Assembly: GCA_018830005.1 (NCBI GenBank)
Contig: JAHJTE010000001.1
Coordinates: forward strand, 321,332-385,331
Reading direction: 5' to 3'
From: Candidatus Omnitrophota bacterium
Lineage (GTDB): Bacteria > Omnitrophota > Gorgyraeia > JAHJTE01
Length of the DNA stretch: 64,000 nucleotides
This document shows, piece after piece, positions 49,775 through 57,167 of this stretch (position 1 is the stretch's first letter; the number at the start of each line of letters is the position of its first letter). The position numbers and the translations under genes are program-made. Below the pieces are notes generated by a model. That model searched no databases and was not told where the DNA came from. It worked only from the letters and a program-made list of their open reading frames with translations.

Positions 49775-51116
49775 ACGAAGATTAATTCTCGCATCAGTTT
49801 CTTCTGCGAGAAGAAGTTTATTAGAAAATATCGGTCTTAAGGTAAAGGTATCGTTCTCAGGTATTAGAGAATCAAGAAGACTCAAAAATGGGCCGGCGCA
49901 ACTTGTGAAAGATAATGCCGCGAAAAAGGCTATAGCAGTTGCCAGGCAGGTTAAGAATGCTGTTGTTATCGGGGCTGATACAGTAGTTGTTGTGAGAGGA
50001 AAATTATTTGGAAAACCTAAGGGTTTTTCTGGTGGCGTGTCAATGCTAACTAAGCTCTCGCGTTCGCCCCACTATGTATATACAGGACTGGCAGTTTTAG
50101 ATAAGAGAGAAGATTCATACAAAATTGTTCAAGATTACGAAAAGACAAAGGTCTGGATGAAGACCTTGACGCGTCAAGAAATTGCAAGATATCTTAAGGC
50201 CTCAAAGGCCTTTAACAAAGCAGGCAGTTTTGATATACAAGCCAGAGGCGCTTTATTTATCGAACGCATTGAAGGTTGTTTTTATAATGTAGTAGGCCTG
50301 CCTCTTGCAAAGCTGCATGAGCTCTTTAAAAAACTAAATATCGACATATTAATTTTGTTAATAATGAGTTCATTCCTGCTAATGGGCTGTGCTACTGAAT
50401 ATAATGTTGTTACACAAGAGCAAGATATAATTTTCTATGATACTGAAAAAGAGGTAAATATTGGCAGAAATGCCTCAAATCAGGTCGAGACGCAATTTAA
50501 GTTAGTTGCCGATCCCCAGTTACAACTTCGCATTAACAGGCTAGGAGAGAAGATAGTAGAGGTTTGTGATCGCAAAAATTTAACTTATCGCTTTTCAATT
50601 CTTGACGAGGATTCAATCAATGCCTTTGCTCTTCCAGGAGGTTTTATCTACGTAAATCAAGGGCTTATTGATTTTGTCAAGAGCGATGATGAATTAGCAG
50701 GTGTCTTAGCCCATGAGATTGCACACGTTGTAGCCAAGCATAGTATTAAGCGTCTGCAGGCCTCTATGGGCTTAAATCTATTGAGAATTGCTACCATTGT
50801 TGCGGGAGATGCTAAGGCGCTGCAAAGTACGGATATTGCAGCTACCTTTGTACAGAGCGCATATTCACGTGATGACGAATTATTGGCAGATGCAATAGCA
50901 GCCAGATACATGCGCAATGCAGGTTTTAACCCGACTGCACTTCTGTCATTTTTAGAAAGATTAAAAGAAAAAAAACACAATGAGCCGCTAAGACGGGGCG
51001 GGTCCTATGTTCGGACGCACCCGTATATATCTGAACGTATTAGTATTATTAAGCAAGAGCTGGGCGAGGAGTTAGACTTCGAGGATTACATAAATAGAAC
51101 GCATTCGGCTTGGTAA
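49767..51116 (+). CDS. Maf-like nucleotide pyrophosphatase read-through into a signal-anchored M48 zinc metallopeptidase (single 449-aa ORF)
   Basis: aa 1-196 are Maf (ILASVSSARRSLL...DIQA...VVGLPL). aa ~197-215 form a hydrophobic segment with a lipobox-like 'LLMGC'. aa 216-449 are M48 (HEIAHVVAKH zinc motif). No stop separates the two parts. Confidence 0.65.
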   Translation: MLERRLILASVSSARRSLLENIGLKVKVSFSGIRESRRLKNGPAQLVKDNAAKKAIAVARQVKNAVVIGADTVVVVRGKLFGKPKGFSGGVSMLTKLSRSPHYVYTGLAVLDKREDSYKIVQDYEKTKVWMKTLTRQEIARYLKASKAFNKAGSFDIQARGALFIERIEGCFYNVVGLPLAKLHELFKKLNIDILILLIMSSFLLMGCATEYNVVTQEQDIIFYDTEKEVNIGRNASNQVETQFKLVADPQLQLRINRLGEKIVEVCDRKNLTYRFSILDEDSINAFALPGGFIYVNQGLIDFVKSDDELAGVLAHEIAHVVAKHSIKRLQASMGLNLLRIATIVAGDAKALQSTDIAATFVQSAYSRDDELLADAIAARYMRNAGFNPTALLSFLERLKEKKHNEPLRRGGSYVRTHPYISERISIIKQELGEELDFEDYINRTHSAW

Positions 51117-51152
51117 TAACAATATTTTTTTAAATTCTATAGGAGAGAAAAC

Positions 51153-52682
51153 ATGATAAGTGAATCTAGAAAGTTACAGTTTGCAATTCGTGTGCTGGTA
51201 ATTTTCTCTTTCGTTTTTTTGAGTCTTTCAGTCAGTTCTTCTTTTGCGGAAGGAATTTTTGGCAGAAACAGAACAAAGGCTTCTATAGAGAAAAAAATTA
51301 AGGAGGCACGTAAGAAGCTTGATGCAGAGCGTTACAAGCTAAGGCTGGAGGAGGCAAAGAGATATTTAGAAAATGGCGATCGCTATCATGCACAAGGTAA
51401 AACCTCTGAGGCATTAGGAGAGTGGTTTACAGCCTTGGCCTTAATTGAGATTCTTAAAGATGCCGAGTTTGATTCTGTGGATGATGCCAGAGCAGTATTA
51501 GAAAGAGAAGTCAAGGATAGGCTTAAGGTTGATAAGTCTAGTAAGTCAATTAAAGACCGCAGGCGTCTAAAAAAGATGGATGATATTGTAGATAGGATTT
51601 TAAAGGAACAGAAAACTGAAGCGATGGCTAGAGAGGAAATACAAAAGAAAGAGCCTGTAGAAGAGAAGGAAGAGGCAAAAAAGATAGCCAAGGAGATTGT
51701 ACCAGAGGAGAAAGAGGGGCCTTCTTTAGAAGACTTAGAGGTAATGAAAGAAAATCGTCAGATGGTTGAGGAGATTATTTCTGCGCAGCTTGCTAGAGCA
51801 AGAGAAGAGAAGATGGCAAAAGAAGAGGAGAAAGAGGCGCAAGATGTTGAAAAATTCCTGACAGGAACAATCATCGTTCAGCAGGGGTCAATCACAGAAC
51901 AGGAGAAAAAGGCCTTGTTGTCCCAGGAGGATAGTGTTACTAAGCGTAAAATAGATGTGCATGTCAGCAGTGAGAGAATTAAAGAGCAAATACTAAAGGA
52001 AGAGAATGCCCAAAAAGCGCGCTCGGAGGCTAAAGAGAAAGCATCTCAAAGTAGGCTTAAGAAGCAAGAGCGCATCCAGGAGGCCAAAGATAGATTAGAG
52101 CAGCAGAGAAAAGCGCGCCAAGAAAGATTAGAAAGGCGCAAGGCATTGTCTGAAGAAAGAAGTAGAAAGCGCTTGGAGGCAGCATTAGTGGAAAAGGATA
52201 AGGCATCAAAGCGTAAAATGGAAGCCCGCCTGAATAGTGAAATGGCCCTTCAGGAAAAGGAGAATCTAAAACTTAAAGATCAGCTTGAGAAGAAACAAAA
52301 GAGCGTATTCAAAGAATATCAACGCCAAGATAAGTTGGATATGGGCTTTAAAAAGAAGGCAGAGTCTTTAACGCATGAGGATATAGACTTAGAGGGTAAG
52401 CAGCGCAAAGATTTAAAAGCAAAGATAGAGAAAAGAGAAGAAAAGGATCTTAGTCTTTTGCAGAAAAAGCGCAAAAAAGATGCTAAGCGCCAATTAAAGC
52501 AGTTAGAAAGCGAACAAAAAAGAATCGCAAGAAAAATTGAAGATGAATTTATAATGCAAGAGAAGACTCATCCTAAGTCCCATATCCTAGAAAGAAAACT
52601 TACTCCTTCTGAACAAGGGCCGGATAGGTTTGATCTAATTGATAGATTCTTAAGAAAAGTTGAAGGCCGTTCCTTGGATTAA
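51153..52682 (+). CDS. secreted or membrane-anchored K/E/R-rich coiled-coil protein (hypothetical)
   Basis: N-terminal signal peptide or TM segment, then ~400 aa of highly charged low-complexity sequence (KE/RK repeats) predicted to be alpha-helical. No recognisable catalytic motif. Confidence 0.5.
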   Translation: MISESRKLQFAIRVLVIFSFVFLSLSVSSSFAEGIFGRNRTKASIEKKIKEARKKLDAERYKLRLEEAKRYLENGDRYHAQGKTSEALGEWFTALALIEILKDAEFDSVDDARAVLEREVKDRLKVDKSSKSIKDRRRLKKMDDIVDRILKEQKTEAMAREEIQKKEPVEEKEEAKKIAKEIVPEEKEGPSLEDLEVMKENRQMVEEIISAQLARAREEKMAKEEEKEAQDVEKFLTGTIIVQQGSITEQEKKALLSQEDSVTKRKIDVHVSSERIKEQILKEENAQKARSEAKEKASQSRLKKQERIQEAKDRLEQQRKARQERLERRKALSEERSRKRLEAALVEKDKASKRKMEARLNSEMALQEKENLKLKDQLEKKQKSVFKEYQRQDKLDMGFKKKAESLTHEDIDLEGKQRKDLKAKIEKREEKDLSLLQKKRKKDAKRQLKQLESEQKRIARKIEDEFIMQEKTHPKSHILERKLTPSEQGPDRFDLIDRFLRKVEGRSLD

Positions 52683-52712
52683 ATTTAGATAAGCTGATCT
52701 GAAGAAAATTCT

Positions 52713-52799
52713 TGGTGCCGGGGGGGGGATTTGAACCCCCAAGGCCGTAAGGCCATATGCTCCTGAAGCATACGTGTCTGCCAGTTTCACCACCTCGGC
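52713..52799 (-). tRNA. tRNA-Leu (anticodon CAG), type II with long variable arm, CCA encoded
   Basis: Reverse complement folds as acceptor GCCGAGG/CCCCGGC (one A.C mismatch), 3-bp D stem, anticodon stem TATGC/GCATA with loop TTCAGGA, variable hairpin GGCC-TTAC-GGCC, T arm GGGGG-TTCAAAT-CCCCC, then ACCA. Confidence 0.85.
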
Positions 52800-52810
52800 A
52801 AGATTCTAAA

Positions 52811-52840
52811 AGTATAGCCTAAAACAAGCTAATTTGTCAA
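52811..52840 (-). promoter_or_regulatory. promoter for tRNA-Leu (TTGACA-18 bp-TATACT on the minus strand)
   Basis: Reverse complement of 52811-52840 reads TTGACA...TATACT, ending 12 nt upstream of the tRNA 5' end. Confidence 0.5.
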
Positions 52841-52909
52841 CTTATAAGAAAAACTTCTGATAGGAAGATTTCTTTCGGCCGTCTAGAACAGGAGTATTGA
52901 GGCAGGAAT

Positions 52910-53872
52910 ATGGATTTTTTCAATTCCTTAAGCACAGTGGTTTCAGCAATGGCACAGCTTATATTTTTGGCTGGTTGCGGATATTTTTTGGTAAAGAAAG
53001 ATATTTTAACACCTGAGACCTTAAAGATTTTAAGTAGAATAGTTTTAATTTTAATATTTCCCTCTTTTGTATTTCATAAACTTGTGAGTAGTTTTACATT
53101 TTCTCAGTTCCCACATTGGTGGATTTATCCTATTTTTAGTTTTGCTATCATTGGTTCTGCCTTTTTAATAGCACTCGCCTTTTTGCGTTTGAATCCCGAA
53201 TTTGGCCAAAAAAGAGAGTTTCTTTCAAGTATAACGTTCTCTAACGCTGGTTATTTGCCGCTGGTGTTGATTGCTACGCTTTTTGACAAAGAGATAGCCT
53301 CGCGTTTATTTATTTACTTATTTTTATTCTTGCTTGGATTCAATCTGCTGGTCTGGTCCTTTGGAGTAACTCTCCTTGCCGGAGACAGAGAAGAAAAGAA
53401 TACATTTAAGAACATGTTTAGCCCGCCGGTCATTGCTATTTTGTTGGGATTAATGGTTGTATTCTTTAAAATCAGCTCTTTTATTCCGTCTTTTCTTATG
53501 AAGGCCTTTGAGTCTTTGGGTTCATGCACGCTTCCTTTGGCCTTGATTGTAGTTGGCGGAAACCTTGCATTGATAAACATGCAGAGTATCTTTAAAAATA
53601 GGCAGTTACAGGTAATTGTCTTTATAAAGCTTATTTTACTTCCATTCCTTGCAATTTTTATATTATTGTTTTTTGATATCAATCCCTTGATTAAGTTCTT
53701 GCTTCTTCTTGAAGCGGCAATGCCAACAGCCGTATCACTTTCAGTAATCTGTCGCAACTTTGAACTCAAAGGAGTTCTTGCCAACCAGGCGATTTTCTGG
53801 ACGCACCTATGTTCGATTCTGACTCTGCCGTTTTTTCTTGTTATTTTCAGAGCAGTTGCGCGGTTACATTAA
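52910..53872 (+). CDS. AEC (auxin efflux carrier / malate permease-like) family transporter
   Basis: 10-TM protein of 320 aa with an AEC-family N-terminus 'LIFLAGCGYFLVK...ILSRIVLILIFP'. Confidence 0.7.
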   Translation: MDFFNSLSTVVSAMAQLIFLAGCGYFLVKKDILTPETLKILSRIVLILIFPSFVFHKLVSSFTFSQFPHWWIYPIFSFAIIGSAFLIALAFLRLNPEFGQKREFLSSITFSNAGYLPLVLIATLFDKEIASRLFIYLFLFLLGFNLLVWSFGVTLLAGDREEKNTFKNMFSPPVIAILLGLMVVFFKISSFIPSFLMKAFESLGSCTLPLALIVVGGNLALINMQSIFKNRQLQVIVFIKLILLPFLAIFILLFFDINPLIKFLLLLEAAMPTAVSLSVICRNFELKGVLANQAIFWTHLCSILTLPFFLVIFRAVARLH

Positions 53873-53897
53873 GTATGCTATTATTCATTCTTAGATT

Positions 53898-54350
53898 ATG
53901 GCCAATAAGGTTTTAGTTTCTAATAGAAGGGCACACGCAGATTATAAGATCTTTGAGAAGCAAGAAGCAGGTATTGAGTTTAAAGGAAGCGAGGTAAAGT
54001 CGTTACGCGAGGGAAAGGGCAGCTTGGCAGAGAGTTTTGCGCGTATAGAGAATGGAGAGATTTTTCTATACAATTGCCATATCAGCCCCTACTCACACAA
54101 AGGTTATGATGAGCTTGATCCCTTAAGGATAAGGAGGTTATTGCTTCATAAGCGCGAAATCTCAAAGCTGTACATCCAGGTTAGCCAGCGCGGATTTACC
54201 CTTATACCTCTTAGACTTTATCTAAGTAAAGGCCTCATAAAGGTAGAGATTGCTCTTTGTAAGGGTAAAAAACATTTTGATAAGCGCGAAAGTATAAAGA
54301 AGAGAGAGCAGGATTTGTCAATAAGAAGAGCGTTAAGATATAGAAGATAA
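53898..54350 (+). CDS. smpB: SsrA-binding protein
   Basis: 'NRRAHADYKI...GIEFKGSEVKSLREGK' SmpB signature, 150 aa, immediately upstream of tmRNA. Confidence 0.9.
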   Translation: MANKVLVSNRRAHADYKIFEKQEAGIEFKGSEVKSLREGKGSLAESFARIENGEIFLYNCHISPYSHKGYDELDPLRIRRLLLHKREISKLYIQVSQRGFTLIPLRLYLSKGLIKVEIALCKGKKHFDKRESIKKREQDLSIRRALRYRR

Positions 54351-54369
54351 CGAGAAATATAAAAAATTG

Positions 54370-54766
54370 GGGGGCGAAAAGGTCTCGACCTGGGTAAGGA
54401 CGAGAGAGGTAGCATGCCGAGGTTGCAAGGTGGCCTCGTAAAAAACCTTGCACTATTTAAATGCTGATGAAACAACAGTAGTTGCTCAAGCGGAAGGAAT
54501 TCTTGCTGGAGTAGCTTAATCAGACAAAAGTCCTTGTTGGTTAATCCCAATGAGGCCTTCATCCAGAGAGTCTGCGCTCTGGATGTATGAATTTAGCAGA
54601 CTGGTTCTTGTTATGCCTCTTAGACAAGAGCGAGATTTAAAGAGGCTGGCCTTTCTTTATCTTGTCCATTGGAGAAAGAAAGGTAAGATTAAATAATAGA
54701 CTAAGCATGTAGTGACCCTTTTGAATTTACTCAGGGACCGGGGTTCGATTCCCCGCGCCTCCACCA
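54370..54766 (+). ncRNA. ssrA: tmRNA (ssrA)
   Basis: 5' GGGGGCG pairs with the 3' CGCCTCC-ACCA acceptor. tRNA-like T arm GGGG-TTCGATT-CCCC. Internal tag reading frame 54463-54519 (GCT GAT GAA ... GCT GGA GTA GCT TAA; candidate tag ...AEGILAGVA). About 397 nt, directly after smpB. Confidence 0.85.
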
Positions 54767-54970
54767 GATTTTTAAGCCTTCCCAACACATTCTAATATAA
54801 GAAGTTAGGATTCCCCATAAAATCAAATCTCCATTTGTGCCCATTCTGTGCCCACAAATTAAATTTTCACCTTCCTAACTACCCATTCCAGTAGTATAAT
54901 TGAATAAAAGAAACTGAAGAAGATAACAGCCTTCCGCAGATTTACTTGGTTTTGTTACTCAAAACCTATA

Positions 54971-55045
54971 AATCTAAACGCTGGCCCTGCAGAATTCAAA
55001 GAATTCTACAGGATCAGTCCCAATAGAAATTCTTTCAGAATTTCT
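54971..55045 (+). repeat. repeat copy R0 (degenerate member of the ssrA-proximal repeat family) with two tandem hairpins
   Basis: 'AAACGCTGGCCCTGCAGAATTCAAAGAATTCTACAGGA' aligns with the cores of RA and RB. Contains the inverted repeat CTGCAGAATTC-aaa-GAATTCTACAG (54987-55011) and a perfect AGAAATTCT-ttc-AGAATTTCT hairpin (55025-55045). Confidence 0.5.
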
Positions 55046-55067
55046 GTTGGAGGATCAGGAGGAGGGG

Positions 55068-55379
55068 ATGATGAAGAAGTGCCATTTTTGTGCAGAAGAA
55101 ATCCAGGATGAAGCAATAAAGTGTAGGTATTGTGGAGAGATATTGAATAAACAGCGACAGGTGAAATGGTATTTTAAAACCTCAATGCTGGTAATTGCTT
55201 TCTTTTGTATTGGACCCCTTGCTTTGCCATTGTTATGGTTTAATCCTCGTTTTAGCCAGAAAAACAAGATAATTACAAGTATAATTGTTATTACATTGAC
55301 TTATTTTTTAGGGATTGCCTTTGTTAATTCCATACGAACCCTAAATAATTATTACCAACAAATATTTCAATCATTTTAG
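55068..55379 (+). CDS. small zinc-ribbon membrane protein (hypothetical)
   Basis: CxxC...CxxC (CHFC...CRYC) followed by two TM helices. GGAGGAGGGG RBS before ATG 55068; the ORF finder began at TTG 55047. Confidence 0.4.
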   Translation: MMKKCHFCAEEIQDEAIKCRYCGEILNKQRQVKWYFKTSMLVIAFFCIGPLALPLLWFNPRFSQKNKIITSIIVITLTYFLGIAFVNSIRTLNNYYQQIFQSF

Positions 55380-55629
55380 GTGTAGCTTGGCTTAAATTTA
55401 TTATTTAACTCGTATTAGAAGGATACAAGCATGGACCCAATTACAAATAAAGAGGAGACAAAATATTATCTAGGCGGACTTTATTTTTCAAGAAGATTTG
55501 ATATCTTTAAAATTTGATTAAAAATAATTTGTGCCCTACAGAATCTAAGGGATTCTATAGGACCCACCCAATGTCAAAACAACGGCAAACATCCGGACAG
55601 TCTAATTTATTGACAATAAGAGAGTTATG

Positions 55630-55757
55630 TTGTAAGCTATTATCCGACGGCAAGTTAGGGCAATACGCTTTAACGATCCCCCGCCCTACAAAAATTGAAT
55701 GATTTCTATAGGATTAATCCTGTGAAAATCTTTGATTTTCATGGGGCGCCTCCACCA
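55630..55757 (+). repeat. repeat copy RA (~130 bp) ending in tmRNA 3'-end-like GGGGCGCCTCCACCA
   Basis: About 85-90% identical to RB over the ~70-nt core GTTAGGG(C/A)AATACGCTTTAACGAT(C/T)CCCCGCCCT..AAATTGAATGATTTC(T/C)ATAGGA. Contains 'CGATCCCCCGCC', resembling the tmRNA T-loop/3' stem, and a terminal 12-nt exact match to the ssrA 3' end (GCGCCTCCACCA). Confidence 0.6.
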
Positions 55758-55860
55758 ATATTTTTACAGTTTCTAACTTGTTATTCTGCAATCAGTAGTA
55801 GACTTAGGACTAAAACAAATTCTATCTTGGGATCATTTTGTGCCTTTATGAGAAGGAGAG

Positions 55861-56517
55861 GTGAAGATAATGACGCAGGTATCAAAGAAAATTAGCTGGG
55901 AGATAGTAAAAAAGTGTATCTTGCCCTTAACTGTCTTTTTGGTGTTTATCGGAAGCTATATTTTCTATAAACTAAATTTGGCTCCTACGATTTCCATGGA
56001 AGCTCAGCAAGGTTTTAGCAAATATATCGTTACAATTTTTATTCTTTGTATTACTTTTATCCTTCATAGGATAACATCTGCTATCTTAAGCTGGTATAAA
56101 GCAAATATTGCCGCAAAGACCATTAGTAAACTGGATGATAATTTAATTCCTTTGATTCGCCGTACGCTTAAGGTATTGATCTGGATTGTAGCCTTTCTTG
56201 TTATTCTTCCATTTTATGGCGTAAATATGAGTGCTTTAATCGCTACCCTTGGCGTTGGCTCTTTAGCTATTGCCTTGGCTGCTCAGGATACAATCGCAAA
56301 TATAATTTCCGGATTCCTGATAATGATTGATGCGCCTTTTAGAATTGGCGATAGAATCAAGCTTCCTTCTGGAGAAGTAGTCGAGGTTTTAGATATCGGC
56401 GTAAGGCGATCTAAGTTTCTTTCTGAAGATAAATCAATTATAATTGCACCTAATCTGGATTTAAGTAAAAGTAAGATTATAAATTATACCTATGGAGAGG
56501 AGCGGCAGAGGGGATGA
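55861..56517 (+). CDS. mscS: small-conductance mechanosensitive channel (short MscS-like)
   Basis: Three TM helices and the MscS pore-helix/beta-domain signature 'IANIISGFLIMIDAPFRIGDRI', 218 aa. Confidence 0.7.
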   Translation: MKIMTQVSKKISWEIVKKCILPLTVFLVFIGSYIFYKLNLAPTISMEAQQGFSKYIVTIFILCITFILHRITSAILSWYKANIAAKTISKLDDNLIPLIRRTLKVLIWIVAFLVILPFYGVNMSALIATLGVGSLAIALAAQDTIANIISGFLIMIDAPFRIGDRIKLPSGEVVEVLDIGVRRSKFLSEDKSIIIAPNLDLSKSKIINYTYGEERQRG

Positions 56518-57167
56518 GCTTTAAAGGAGCGATTTTTGATTTAGACGGAGTGCTAGTAAACACAGTACCCATACATTTCAAGGCCTGGAAGCAGATGTTT
56601 GCAGAGTATGGGATTGATTTTACTTTTGATGATTACAAGGAAAAGGTTGACGGCATTCCACGTTATGATGGTGCTAAGGCGATTCTTAGCGATTTGAATG
56701 ATGAGGAAATAAGGAAAGCTGGAGACCGCAAGCAGGGATATTATCTGAAATTTATTGAAGAGGAAAATATTCCCTTGTACAATTCGTCCGTGGATTTAAT
56801 AAAGAATTTAAGAGATTGCGGGAAAAGAATAGCCTTTGCCTCTGCAAGTCGCAATTGTAGGAGAGTTTTAGAGAAGGTTAGTTTGATTAAACTGGCAGAT
56901 GCGATAGTCGATGGAAATGATATTAAAAAAGGAAAACCAGATCCAGATATATTTCTTCTTAGTGCAGAAAGACTTAGTTGTCAGCCGCAGGAGTGTGTTG
57001 TTTTTGAAGATGCAGTCTTAGGGATAGAGGCAGCAGTAAATGCCGGAATGATCTGCATTGGCATTGATCGTTATCATAATTCTGAGCGGTTGGCAAAGGC
57101 TGATTTAGTAGTTGAAGATTTATCCAAAATAAATTTCAAAACAATTGAGGATCTATTTAAAAGATGA
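56514..57167 (+). CDS. pgmB: beta-phosphoglucomutase (HAD superfamily IA)
   Basis: 'GAIFDLDGVLVNT' motif I plus C-terminal 'VFEDAVLGIEAA', 217 aa, directly upstream of a GH65 gene. Confidence 0.8.
   Translation: MSFKGAIFDLDGVLVNTVPIHFKAWKQMFAEYGIDFTFDDYKEKVDGIPRYDGAKAILSDLNDEEIRKAGDRKQGYYLKFIEEENIPLYNSSVDLIKNLRDCGKRIAFASASRNCRRVLEKVSLIKLADAIVDGNDIKKGKPDPDIFLLSAERLSCQPQECVVFEDAVLGIEAAVNAGMICIGIDRYHNSERLAKADLVVEDLSKINFKTIEDLFKR

Noticed and set aside
51153-52682. Possible DNA-level tandem repeat or CRISPR-like periodicity in the K/E-rich gene
   Set aside because: The repetitiveness is at the amino-acid composition level (AAG/GAA/AAA codons) without fixed-length direct repeats or spacers. There is no CRISPR architecture anywhere in the window.
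52719-52730. Run of 9-10 G/C that could be a phase-variable homopolymer
   Set aside because: It lies inside the tRNA-Leu T-stem and acceptor (CCCCC/CCCCGGC), a structural feature rather than a contingency tract. It may, however, explain the single acceptor-stem mismatch if miscalled.
55514-55895. Two small ORFs (62 and 66 aa) overlapping repeat RA
   Set aside because: The equivalent positions in repeat copy RB contain stops. The sequence is better explained as a non-coding repeat and att-like scar.
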